A stretch of DNA of 64,000 nucleotides from Podarcis gaigeae (taxonomy: Eukaryota). This document shows, piece by piece, positions 48,754 to 61,923 of this stretch (positions within the stretch are counted from its first letter, which is position 1; the number at the start of each line of letters is the position of its first letter). Under the pieces are notes generated by a model. That model had not been told where the DNA came from, did not search any database, and was given only the letters and a program-made list of their open reading frames with translations. The DNA is taken from the NCBI GenBank assembly GCA_964106915.2, contig OZ066914.1. One strand, written 5' to 3'. The translations under genes and the position numbers were made by a program.

Positions 48754-51700
48754 CATACATTAGTAACCACTGAAGAATACCTCATTTGGTTTTTCACATT
48801 TACATTTGTACTATAAATATTCTTTAGCGTATCAGGGTTACAGTATTTCATTTCATTTTCCCCATCCCAATTTGTTTGTTATCACGGTGTGGGTTGCACT
48901 GGCATGTATTTCCTTTGTTTAACCGTGCTTAAACTTGAAACAGCATTTGCCACTGCAAAGTGGCTGTTGTAGAGGTGCTCTCCCTGCCGCCTTGCTTTGA
49001 AAGTAGGGTCCTTCCTTGGAGTGAGATAGTTCCAGGGTATACAGAAGCCTATACTGCTGCTACGGAAATGGTGGCATTTCTTCTTTACAAAAAGCAGGAG
49101 GATGTCAAGGTAATGGAGGGTTGTGGTGGCTAGGCTATCAGAGGCAGCACAATGCCTTGCAGTGGTCCTGGGCTTTGACACGTATGGATTGCAATTTTAC
49201 ATGGTCATATCGGTAATGGTTGACCTTGAGCTTTCTTGCATATATATAAAACAACACATTGCCATGCAGCATGGCACTTAAGAAATGTCAAGCCCAACCA
49301 GTGGAAGGTTAGAAGGATAACGTTGTCCCACCCGATACATTTGCTCTGCTGCAGCCTACATTGCAAAAGTAAACAATATGCAGATTTAAATATACCTTCA
49401 GGTATAGATTTTCCATAAACCAAGAAACCAACCCGGTTTATATGTTTGGCTTTTAATTCTGAAATTTATTAGCTCTCCATAGCCATTGCAGATACAAGCT
49501 CAGTCTTAATTGTTCGGTTTTTATTCCTGCTGAAAACACAGTAAATCTTAATGGTTGTGCTTTGAACATTAAGAGGCAAAGTAGTAGCTGTAGGAAAAAA
49601 AAGTATTCAAAACATTAAATTAGCAACGGAGTAATAACATTTTCAAGCTGTTCATCAGAATTTATACTGAGTTTGAGAAAGTAATTGTCCCGCGCCATTC
49701 TTAAAGGGGCCTACTGATAGAATCATACTCCATCCCCAAGATAGTATTAAAAGACCATTCTGATCTTCCCACCCGCCCATTTTGAGACTTTCAGAACTGT
49801 GAAAATGATATTTTCCCACTTTAATTATACTGCTGGTTAAGAATGCATTCTGTTGTTTTCACTCTGTTACTAGTTTACACGCTGTTTGTTTATAGCTCTC
49901 TGAAAACTCATTTTAATAAGGTCAGCTTTGCAATTTAAATTAACTTTAATATTTCTTGCAAACTCCAGAACAGTTTGTTTATGGAATGGCATTATAGACT
50001 CTACTGGAAATTTATAGGGTTTTACATATATAAAAAGTTAAAAATATATTTTGTTTTCTTTTCCAAATGATATATGATAGGATATAAATAACTGTGGTCT
50101 CCCCCCTTTTTTTGTAAAAAGGACTCCAGCTTAAAACAATGAAATAAATTATGTACTCAGCACAGCATTTGAGCTGATGACAGAATTCTCGGTGAGCAAC
50201 CACTTTACACAAACTGAGTTGTTCTCCTCTTCTGGAAGTAGCCTGCATTTAAAATAAAATGGATAACTCAGAGGAATAAATCAGCAAATGTTTTGGGTGA
50301 ACAAATATCTGCCTGTTGATAGCATTGTGACTATTTTGTGTATTTCCTCTGTTCTTATGAACAGATGTAATCTGGTCTGTTGAGATCACAGGCCATTTCT
50401 GCTGCTTATTTCAGTGGGTGATAGATAGATCTTTGGACTGGTCTATTGAATCTTGTGTTTTGTTACGAATTGCATGACCAGAGATCTATATGAGCATATA
50501 TTTTCCCTGATCCTGTGCAGAGTTTTACTTGTGTTCAAGTGAATGCAACTGGAGTCCTTATGTGGTTGTTCCTCATGCAATGTGGGAAATGTCAAGGACT
50601 TAGTGGGTGGTGGGTGGTGCCATTGGGCAAAGACTTGTGTGCATTCCCTTGCCCCCAATATAGTTTGGCATTCACATGCAGGTGGATTCCCGAAAACAAC
50701 AAATCCTCTTGATATATAGATTTTCCTTTAGAACATTATCAAGCATCTGTCTCTTCTAAGAGCCCTCCCATTTTCGCTGCAGCAGAAGAAAGATACTCCT
50801 CTGTAATTTATAACAGTAAAGAACTTCCAGGCTCGGATGTTAAATCATGGAATGGCAGGACAATTCTACTAATGAAAATGAGTTGCTGAACGAATATTGT
50901 AATTGGGGCCTTCATGTCAATAATGCACTTCTGTGATTCATGTTTACCTGATATTTCTGATTGAAAATCCCTGCTATATAATTGAACCATAAGTTGTTAA
51001 CATATTGCTGAGGCCTATGTACATGCCCTGTACTGAATAGGAGTGAGCCCCAACCACATTTTGAAAGAGCACTTAAATGGATTTGTAATATATGGTCACA
51101 TAGGCTAAGCTGACTAATGCGAACATCCAATTTGGACTGATCTTCACTTATTTTTACATTACAGCATAATGATGGGATCATAAGGAGTCATATTGGAGAA
51201 GATCTATTAGGCTTTGCTGTATCTTAGCAATAACTCTGCTACCCAGTCCAATTCTTGGGACACAATATGCCTATAATGCATAAATATATTCTCAAATCGA
51301 GTTTTAGAAGATGCTTAGAGTGGCAATGTTCTATTTCCCGTAGGTTTGCCTGTAAATGTAGACTTGTACCCAATAGTTGTGAAAACAGAAGGCAGTTCAT
51401 GCAATTTCTCTATACCCCACACCCCCTGAAAACTGTCTTCTGTGGTTTAGGGACCCCCAAACAATGGGCATCTGTGCCACATCAGGCTGTGGCTCGATAA
51501 GGAATCACCCAAAATCAAAGGTTGAGGTCATGTTCCAGAGGAAGCTCAGTTGGAGCATAATCCCTCCACCCAAATTTTGTCCAAAAAAGCTTCTGTGTGT
51601 GAGCTGCTTCCACCCACATACCTGCCAGACACCATCTTTATAGATATTTTCTGTTTTTGTTCTAAACCCCCCCCCCCATCTTCTTTAAATGCAGGATTGG

Positions 51701-52556
51701 TAACAGCAATTCAGAGAACATCAACAGTACAAATTACATACAATGTTGTTGTTTTTAAAATTAACTTTCCCTGATCAGTTTGTACAACATAGATGTGTTC
51801 CTATGTTTAGTGGAGTCTGCTGGATTGTATCCTGTCTTTCTCATGAGAAACAGAGAGAAGGCTTGTAGTTAGAAAATGATTCGGTGGATATATTTGAAAC
51901 TTGTCAATGTAGGAGAAGAAAGTTTGCAGATGGTCTATGCTGAATTTGGGGTACAAAGGATAATAAATACTTCTTTTGAACAAGTTAAACATTTGATGAG
52001 AGACTATGGCATGTTGGCATGTGCCATGTGTTTTTCTCCCATAGACACTGAAGAGGTGGTTTCCCTACAAAGATTTCACAGTTTATACTGTATCTTTTGG
52101 GAAATGCTGTACTTTCTTAGGTCAAGGGGATTGTTAGCCTATATTTTTGTCTAATGTAACATGTTTGTGGGGTTTTTATTATTATTAAAAATATATTTTG
52201 TGGCTAGTGTTAGCAGAATTTCATAAGCACTCAGTTTGAACCTCTTGAGTGAGAAGGTTCAGTGGCATGAGAGGGAGCTTCAGGCAGAGTTGGTCAGTTG
52301 ATCAGAAAAGGATGGAGAAGGGAGAGGCACCAGGTTCTAGTATTATGAAAGTATTGTGCTTTTATACTGCTTATTACTCTGTGATCCTTAGATGAAGGCA
52401 GATATGTAATTTTTTATAATAAAGAAAGAAATAGGGACTCTGAATCTCTTATGGTTTTGAAATGCAAATACCTGGTTCATGAAAGATGCTATTAACGTGG
52501 TGTTAACCATGCACACTCCCAAGGTCTGGTTTTGGGTCCCACCATTCCACCAGGCT

Positions 52557-52874
52557 GGGACGTGGGTGGCGCTGTGGGTTAAATCACAGAGCCTAGGACT
52601 TGCTGATCAGAAGGTCAGCAGTTCGAATCCCCATGACGGGTTGAGCTCCCGTTGCTCGGTCCCTGCTCCTGCCAACCTAGCAGTTCGAAAGCACGTCAAA
52701 GTGCAAGTAGATAAATAGGTACTGCTCCGGCAGGAAGGTAAACGGCGTTTCTGTGCACTGCTCTGGTTTGCCAGAAGCTGTACGCCGGCTCCCTCAGCCA
52801 ATAAAGCGAGATGAGCGCCGCAACCCCAGAGTTGGCCACAACTGGACCTAATGTTCAGGGGTCCCTTTACCTTT
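52557..52874 (+). mobile_element. Sauria SINE with an internal deletion
   Basis: TSD ATTCC(A/T)CCAGGC; lacks the segment lying between two GAAGC copies in sister elements. Confidence 0.9.
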
Positions 52875-53799
52875 ATTCCTCCAGGCCAGAAATGGGGAAG
52901 TCTAGATTAGTATCCAAAGCCTTAATATTCAAATTCATTACACATGCAGGCTAAGACGTATGTTAGCTTTCTATGACTGATATATGATTGATGGGAGGAT
53001 TATATTTGCATACATCTGTTCATATTAATGAATTCACACCTTTGTTATTGGGTCTCACCATCTTGACGCACTCTTTACTTTTGTTGTTCACTGCCAGTTC
53101 AGCTGAAAATGGAAATCCATCTGAAGCAAATTTCTATTTTTTCTTTCTCTGTCTCTCTCTCCCCATTCAGAATAAAAAAACCCAATATTTTAGTTCTTCA
53201 TACTGGAGTTGCCTGCTGAGTTTAAGAAAGCAGAAATCTTTCTGTGGTCTCGCTCAAGCAAACCATTGTTCCCTAAGAGAACACAGGAAAAATTTGAAAG
53301 TATACTTTTGCATTTACTCACTCTGGAGCTTTGATTAGGGATCACAGTGAAGAGAAAGTGCTGGTGGATACAAAATAATTTGTGGGAGCCTTTCTCATGG
53401 GCATCTATGAAACTTCTGGACACATCCTTGTTAGCAGAGAAGTGAAAGCAACTCATACTGGGACGATGAGAAGATTTTCAACCAAAGTATACAACTAATA
53501 CTTCTTTGTTAGATCCTCTCTCTGATTTGGTATCTAGTCCCAGCAATCCTTTTATATGTCTAGCTGGTGTTCCTATGAGTTACTGTTCTTCTTGATTATT
53601 TATGTTCAATCATGACCTGATCCTATGAATTCTTCCTTGCCCAACACTTCCACCCACCCACCTATCTCCCCTGTTTTTCCAAATTCTTTCTGTTTTCCAA
53701 CCATTTCCGCATATCCCCAATGGACATTTGCAACTTTAACTGTACCCATCTTGCCACCGCCTGACCTTCTCTCTACTCAATTTTTTCAAAGTCCATATG

Positions 53800-54450
53800 G
53801 GGAGAGGCTGTCTTGAGGTACTGCGGTCCTGAGCTGTTTAAGGCTTTATAGGTCAAAACCAGCACTTTGAATTGGACCTGGAAACCATGACAGCCAGTGC
53901 AGATGAGCTAGGATCAGTGTAATATGCTCAAAGCTGAGCAACCTGGCCACTGAATTTTGCAGCAGCTGAAGTTTCCAACTGTCTTCAAAGGCAGCCCCAT
54001 GCATTGCAGTAACCTAACCTAGAGATTACAAGACCATAGACAGAAGTTAGGCTATCTGTGTCCAGATAGGGGAGCAGCTGGGCCACCAGCCAAAGCTGAT
54101 AGAAAGCACTTTGCACCACTGAGGCCCCCTGAGCCTCAAGTGACAGCAAAGGGCCCCCATGCTATCTTCTTTGAAGTCTGCCCTGATGCTGTACTTAGTA
54201 CCCAGGTGGGCAGAGCTGGGTGAGACCACCTCCACCCTGATCACCCACCCAGATCTCCGTGATACAGACCAGAGCAGCCTCCTCATCCACAATCAGGTCA
54301 TGGAGAATAGAGGTCTTACTCCAAGCAGAGCTGGCATTCAGCAACAGCTGCTGTAGACCCAAGGGTTGGCTGATAGGATGACCACAGTTCCCCAGGTTAG
54401 AGGAGGCACTGGCACATAGTGCATCTCATTGCTAGTGATGCTACTGTACT
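53800..54450 (-). mobile_element. L2-clade LINE remnant: endonuclease N-terminus adjacent to RT C-terminus
   Basis: Minus strand SKTSILHDLIVDEEAALVCITEIW...PPGY (APE domain) next to the KVLVLTYKALN region. Confidence 0.72.
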
Positions 54451-54509
54451 GTCATCATGCCGTGCCAAGTGGCCTGCTGTATGGCTTTCCTTCGTGACTC
54501 TTCTCTGTA

Positions 54510-54765
54510 GTAGCCAATCCTAATGTGATGGACTTTGAAGATGCTCGAACTCAGGATGAAAGGGAGAAACGTGCTAAGAGGAAGGTACATTTGGCAAACC
54601 CTCACCGTGATCAACTCCTGCCCAGAAACTTATGTCCCCACTGTGGAAGGAGGTATGGATCCAGAATTGGCCTCCACAGTCACTTACAGACTCACAGTTA
54701 AGACCATGTTCATGGAAGACAATCTTACTCGGCTGTGAGTGATCGCCAAAGAAGAAGAAAGAAAG
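54510..54765 (+). mobile_element. RTE-clade LINE 3' end with C-terminal C2H2 finger
   Basis: FEDARTQDEREKRAKRK...LCPHCGRRYGSRIGLHSHLQTHS*; (GAA)n tail. Confidence 0.8.
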
Positions 54766-57700
54766 ATATATCATGTTAGAGCAGAGAGAACCAGGATCTT
54801 TCTGGTCAGTGCCAAACCACCTATATCTGAGTAAGAATTGGCTTGCTCTGTCTGATAACATTTACCTCTATTGTCTCATTTGTTTACCTGACCTGCCACC
54901 GCTCAATGTATTGCCATCTGTTTAGAAAACAACCTTGTTGACAACTTATTGTTTAATCATGGTGGCACTGTTTGCTTCATAACCTGGCAGGGACTTTGGG
55001 TTGAATTCTAAAACTGTAATTTCATGTGCATAGGTATGCCATCTTGATTGCCCTAGACTTTGGCAGTATTCATCCAGATTTATGCCAGCGAGCATAATGC
55101 TTTTCCATTTAAAGGATACTGTGGTGATCACAAGAGGCCATTTTTTGGAAGGTGCAATTTTTTTTTGTCTGCATGTCTATGTAGACAGAACATTAAATCT
55201 TACCTTTTCTATTTGCTGGGTCCCTGTAGGCCAGCACGATACCTAATTATCTCCAAAATGATTGATTTCACTTACGCAGGTGGAATGTGTGTTGTAATTT
55301 CCCATTCTTCAATTTATCTCCCTTTTACAGCTGATTGTTGCTTTGCGCATGGGATCGTGATAAGCTTTTCTAAAGGAAATATTTGGATAAATTAAAAAAA
55401 TATATAATCAGAACTGCATGATAGAGAGGCTTTTTGTTTGCTTCCCTCGTTCCCTCTATCCCCCACCATCTCTCACTCTTTAACATGGAAATTGATTGGC
55501 TTCTATTGACTAGTCTGCAGGAGGCTTTTTAGTAAGGAGATGAGTGGGCACTTCAGAGAGTCTTGAATGCTCCATCAGGTGGTGACGGGAATTAAACACA
55601 ATAGTTTAAAAGTTAAAGAGACAGATGTGAGGAGGAAAAACATCTTTTGCTTACTGCCTTTTGTCTATAATGAATGGGCAATGCATTATAACATGGTATT
55701 AATATTTGCCAGTTACACAGTCAGACAGAAATATATTATCATTCAAACCGTATGAGGATTTCTCCTTAATTCCCTTCTTATTGCTATAATATTAGGTCCA
55801 GATTGTCAGAGTTGCTAGCCATCCATCATCTTCCATTCTTCTAAAAAAGGGGGTGGTGGAGGAAAAGCACAACAGAGTAAATTGCATTGTGTTTTCCTGA
55901 CCTGAACCCCCTGGGTACTCTGTTTCACTTCCCACTCAATATACTAGCTGCCAATTCTGACATTTTGTAGTCTTCCCTTAAGAACCTTGACCCACCTGTC
56001 TGTAACTCTCTAGCCAGACAGCCACCTGAACCAAATCCCAATGAAGCTGACTGCATTGTAGTGGTTTTGAAAAGGTCACCGTGTTTACTGTAACACAGCT
56101 ATCATTAAAAATAAAATGCATGACTTTTTGTTCAGTTTCACCAAAGAAAAGTGGACTTTCTTGTAAATGGCATTCAGCTCCCATAATATAAGATAATGGA
56201 CACTGACAAAAATAATCACATTGAGGTTGCAGTCCTTGGGTGGGGCAGGGGGTGGGTTGAAGGTTGGTCACCCACCATCCACTTGACTCTTGCCAATAGA
56301 ACACAAGTAAGGCTTGCTATGATGTGGTCCAAGGAAACGGGGGCAATTGTCAGGCCCCAGCTGGCTCCAGCCCACTGGCCAGCAGCTGGGCGAACTCCAG
56401 TCCTTAGAACAGCGTGTAACTGCGACTCAAGCCGCAGAAACCCTTAGAGGCTGAGCATGCAAGCCAGCAGAGATAAGAACTTTCCGCAACCAAAGGGCAG
56501 ATTGGAGGCTGTGTAAAGCGTATTTACAGGCATTTTATTCAGCATCAGGACAAAGGAAAAACATGCCTTCTCCCCTTCGTGTCCATGCAAGCAGCATAAG
56601 CAAAAGCTATACACAAACGGAAGTTCCCAGCAGGCTGTGCTGCAATGTAAGCAGACATGTGACATACAACTCCACATATCTGTTAAGGTGGAACAGAATA
56701 TCGTAACAAGGCTAGAGAAGCATCCTCACATCCCTTTGTCCTTTCCCCATTTACTGAAATTCCCCTCCCATTGAAAGCTGCACTAACTCCTGGGTGGGCA
56801 TAAGTCTCTTGGTTGAGGGCATATTATAACCAGTAATATGTCGGATCCTTCAGATGCAAGCTTCCTGCCCTGGCACACTCTTGATCTGCCCAACATGACC
56901 CATTTGGGACCAACTAAAATCAGAGTTCTGACATCTATTGTGAAATTAGCCATGGCAGCAAAGAGGGAATCTGGCATAAGATCTCCATTTCTGAGACTGG
57001 GGGGGGGGGGGGTCTCTCTGCAACCTTGAGCAGGGAGATTAGATGTATCCTAGTCCATTTGACCCACAGAATTGCAGCCCCCCCTTTCCTTAATAATCTT
57101 AAAATTGCATCACCATTAGTTCTACCGCTGCTAAATTCTATTCACACTTGCCATTTCACCACAACTGCTGATGGCCAGGTTCAGTTTCATACATGCATGC
57201 TCATTATTTGATCGCTGCGACATCATGTGAGATTACTCGCACGTGTGGATGGACCGTCACAGAAAGAACTTTCACATCTTGCCACATCATCTTTGACACA
57301 AAACTTTTCAATGGGGTTTGCTTTCACATTAACCGAGCAGAGAAATCCTATACACCCATGCACCTGTAAACTGTTGTCTATATCTGGCTTCAATGAAAAG
57401 CATGTTTGTAGGTTCTAAAATCCAGATTAAAGCTCCCGTTGCAGGTCCCTTTATTGTGTTGCCATGTATGCAGGATTCAACCAATAATCAGCAAGAGAGC
57501 AGACATCAGTTTGAGCACTTACCTGAGGATGTTTCAAGAAGGCGATGGGGAAATGCACTGTGGATATAACAATTGCTTGCTGTGATATACTCTGTAAAGA
57601 CTGGATACAATCTAACCTCCGCATAAGCTCTGTGCAAGCAAATCAAACTGAAAGCTCAATAAACAGGTTGTTAGGAAGAGTATTGAGTACTAAATGGTTG

Positions 57701-58874
57701 CATATTGCTTCAGCCCTAGAGGGAAGGCTACACTTAGGACATCTGGAGGAGCCCTGTTTATTGAGCATTCATCCTGATTTGCTTGCATAGAGCTTATGCG
57801 GGGGTTAGATTGTATCCGGTCTTTATTGAGCACCTGTTCCGATTTGTTTCCAGGGAGTTATACAACAATAACCATTCATCTTACATTCATCACTGTTTGT
57901 TTGTGTGGTCTTTGTATGCCTTCCTGTTAATCATTCATTCATTTATTCCACACTTTGCAATGCATTTTCCTACCCCCCCAACCCTCCCATTTCTTTTAAA
58001 AAGTTGATTTGTTGTGCTTTATATGCACAAACCTAAACTTCCTGGTATGTACTTGAATTCCACCTGGAGAATGCTGACAGTCCTGAGTCCTAATTGGCTG
58101 TATACTGCTTCAGGGATCCCTTCCAGACTGTCACTATTTTGCGAGTGGGATTCAGTCACAGTACAGGCAGATTTAGTTTGTGAAATTAAGGTGGATTTGG
58201 TTCTCTTGTGTAACAAACCCCAAAAGCTAAACATAAAACTTGGGATTTGTTTTGAGGTAAGGGATATGATGGGGAAATGCACTAGAAAATTTGGGATAGC
58301 AATCATTGCGAAAGGTGTTGCAATGTAGTTAAGGATGCTGCTGCCTCTGGTTTTAGCGTTGGCCTATATGTCTTATGCCTTAATTTCCATTTGCTTGCTT
58401 TTATGGTTATGGATCTAAAAATGTTGATTTCAGCTCTTTCCTAGTTTGGTTGGTGTGGCACAAGAATGCTGGTCAAATTGCCTCTTTGGATCATGCTAAC
58501 TAGTGGCAGAGTTTGCTGCATGGGGCGCCTGTAGTGGCAGCCATGCCATGCACCTGGGGGGTGGCAGAACAATCCGCTGCACAGGGGCAAGGCAATCCTC
58601 TGTGCGCGGCTGCAGCGAAGCTATCCTCCATGCCTGAGGGTGGCAGGGTGAACCCCCCTCCGTGATGTGCCTTTTTGTCTCCCCCTTCAGAGAGGGCACC
58701 TGGGGCGCCCCCTCTTCCTACACCCCTGATGCTACCCTCCATGCTCTCCTTTCCACTCACCTTTACATCCCAGTATGCAATAGCGATGCGACTTCCCAGA
58801 GGTCAGGTGAACGACACTGCCCCCCAATGCCATCTGCTACTGACTATAACATGCGCTAGAACTCACAGCAAGTA

Positions 58875-59117
58875 CAGTGGTACCTTGGGTTACAGATGCT
58901 TCAGGTTACAGACGCTTCAGGTTACAGACTCCGCTAACCAAGAAATAGTACCTTGGGTTAAGAACTTTGCTTCAGGATGAGAACAGAAATCGTGCGCTGG
59001 TGGTGCGGCGGCAGCGGGAGGCCCCCATTAGCTAAAGTGGTACTGCAGGTTAAGAACAGTTTCAGTTTAAGAATAGACCTCCAGAACGAATTAAGTTCTT
59101 AACCTGAGTTACCACTG
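58875..59117. mobile_element. Tc1/mariner-type MITE (CAGTGGTACC family)
   Basis: TA|CAGTGGTACC...TTACCACTG|TA. Confidence 0.88.
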
Positions 59118-60311
59118 TAATAAAAGAACTGAGCGCCCAGTCTGTTGCAGCCAATATGCGCTGCTCGGATGTGTCCTTTCCCCTCTGAACCACCCCAAGG
59201 TCTTTGGAGGTGAGACTGGTGACATCAGTTTCCTGGCTCAGGCTCACCTCTCACTGCTGAACAGCTATTAAGACACAGAATATTCTTGGGTGAAACTTCA
59301 CACGAAGTTTAGGGATAGAAGGAATTGATAATCTGTTTTCGGTGCTAGCGGAAAGGGATGCGAAGAGGCAAGGGTGTGTGGGTGAATTTCATATGTGTCA
59401 TCAGTTTGCCTGCTTGCTTAATTGAATAATTAAAAGCCCTTGCATAAACTCATGCGATAGTCTCATATTTACAGCATAGCTTGAGGCACTGAAAAGCACC
59501 CTATGAATTAGGCTTTGGAGACAAACAGGGATGGCAAAAAGGAAATTCAATTCCATTAAAACATTAGCGATAACATAGAATGTTTCAATGCTTTTCTTTT
59601 TGTTGTGGTATTTTGCCTTTATTTATGCAACCCCCCCAGGTCATCTTGCTTATCATGCTATTTTCCCCCTCTCCAGGAGATGGTAACTTTTTCCTCTTTT
59701 TTTAAGTTTACAGTCTCTGTGGTCCTTTTGTGGATTTTTTTTAGCAAGGATACATCTACTTAATTGACGAACAGCTTTGTATCGGGTGATTTTTGTAATC
59801 CCATGGCTATTTATCTTCTGAGGGACTGCAGTGTTTGTAACTGTGTTAAAAGGATTAATAAAAAAACAAACAAACTGGGAACAAGCAAGTTACACAGCAA
59901 AGATAAAGCATTACAAAACAACTGTTTATTCGCTTTTTGAGGATAGGATTATGCTTCTGAATTAATCTTCAATTAAATTTGTGAATTTTATTTATAGCCC
60001 TTGTTGTTAGTTTAACCAGTTTACACTGACATGGAGGCAACCGCTGCTCACAGGATCTATGGCATTGTAATAAATATGATTAGAAAAATCCCCACTGGCC
60101 TATTCCCCCCCAGCATTAGCTAGTTTAAGTATGTATTTAGCTTTGGCTATCAGAAATTCATGCATTATATATAGGATAGTAAAATTGTCATTGTGAAAAT
60201 GGACAGCCTTAAGTGGTCCCCAAACTGGCAGTGAATGAGAAAAGCAGAAATGACAACAGAGGGACTTGTGTGTGTATTGTGTGTGTCCACGCTTCAGTGG
60301 CCAGGATTGTG

Positions 60312-60362
60312 CCTTCCTTCCTTCCTTCCTTCCTTCCTTCCTTCCTTCCTTCCTTCCTTCTC
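60312..60362 (+). repeat. (CCTT)n microsatellite
   Basis: Visible directly. Confidence 0.95.
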
Positions 60363-61708
60363 CTCCTCCTGTAATAACAGGTACAAATCACGCCATACAT
60401 CAACGAAACAACTGTAGAGTGCTGCATAATTGGCTGTACAATATTAAAGTCATATTGTATGTTGCAATAACATTTTTGGCTGTGCGCATATTACCAGTCT
60501 CCAGCCTATCTACCATGTAGCCTTGCTACGCCAAAGACAAAAATTGCATTTATGTGGTGGGTGGGTGTGAAACAACGGCAAATTCCTTCCCTTTGGTGTT
60601 GACCCTTTAGGATTGGCATGACAGGGACCACTACTTTCAGTTTTTAATTTTTGAATGTCATTGTCTAGTAGGAGGATTTGAATGAAAAGTGAGTACTACT
60701 GGACGGTCACGGAAATGTTGTGCTTGTGTTTTGTTCTATCCCAGGGTAAGAGCCTGGGTTGTAATATTTCTGAGTGTTCTGAAGCTGCTTAATGTCGCTG
60801 AATGTGAAAGACTGAACCAGTGTAGAGTAAGGAGCTATCAGAATGGGAGACATTGAGGAAGTGATTATGTTTCTGATTTTTTTGATAGTGAGCTGCCCTA
60901 GATGTAGGTGGCTGAATGAGTTGGTTGGAAATTATGCTTAATTTCACCAGGGATTTTTTTGGGAAGGTGTGTGACTGTGAGTGAAACTTCTCTTCCATTT
61001 ATTTTGTTTTGTCATTATTGATATTTATATGTGCAATTTTTATTGTATGACTGTATTTGATTTGTATTTGCACTGCTTTTTTTAAAAAAAGGTTAAGGTA
61101 ATAGTTTGATTTCCTGTTAATCATGCTTCTATAAATTGGGATCCTCATTGTATTTGTTAATGTAGTGTGTAATGTTTTATTTTTATATTCTGTAATGTTC
61201 TGTTTGATTATATAAGACAGGGTGCAAACAGCTTAGGTTTTCCTTTGGAAATGTAAAGTATGGAATTTGATTAAAGGAAAATAAAAACAAATATTCACAA
61301 AGGTCATGAAAGAAAACCATAGTTCCTCAAAGTGTTCCTTGTTTATCAGCTCCCCGTCTACTCTACTGTGATGCATTAAGCAATCTCCCAAACTGTACAA
61401 ATTCACCCTTTCACTGAAAAGCCTTCACTGGTCTTTTGATGTTCAGCTGTTTCCATGCAGGCAGCCACTAGCAGGAAATTAACCAGATCCATGTGAAGGA
61501 CATCAGAACAAATTTGCCTAGATACCCACAGCAAAGCCAACACCACATTAAGAACTATGATCTGATTTGTCATTTCAGAATTCACTCCCATCTGTACGAA
61601 GCAGTTGGAATCTAGGGCCTGAATCCAAGGACAGAGAGGGGCAAATCTTTGCTGCTCCTCCATTTTTAAAAAAATTAAAAAACACAAATAATCTTCATGA
61701 CTAAAATA

Positions 61709-61923
61709 CAGTGGTACCTCGGGTTACATACGCTTCAGGTTACAGACTCCGCTAACCCAGAAATAGTACCTCGGGTTAAGAACTTTGCTTCAGGATGAGA
61801 ACAGAAATCGTGCAACAGCAGCGGGAGGCCCCATTAGCTAAAGTGGTGCTTCAGGTTAAGAACAGTTTCAGGTTAAGAACGGACCTCCGGAACGAATTAA
61901 GTACTTAACCCGAGGTACCACTG
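61709..61923. mobile_element. Tc1/mariner-type MITE, least diverged copy
   Basis: Perfect TIR CAGTGGTACCTCGGGTTA / TAACCCGAGGTACCACTG with TA TSD. Confidence 0.92.

Noticed and set aside
51876-52154. 92-aa ORF considered as an endogenous viral or L1 RT fragment
   Set aside because: Only a vague resemblance and no diagnostic motif; a tBLASTn/HMM search would be needed.
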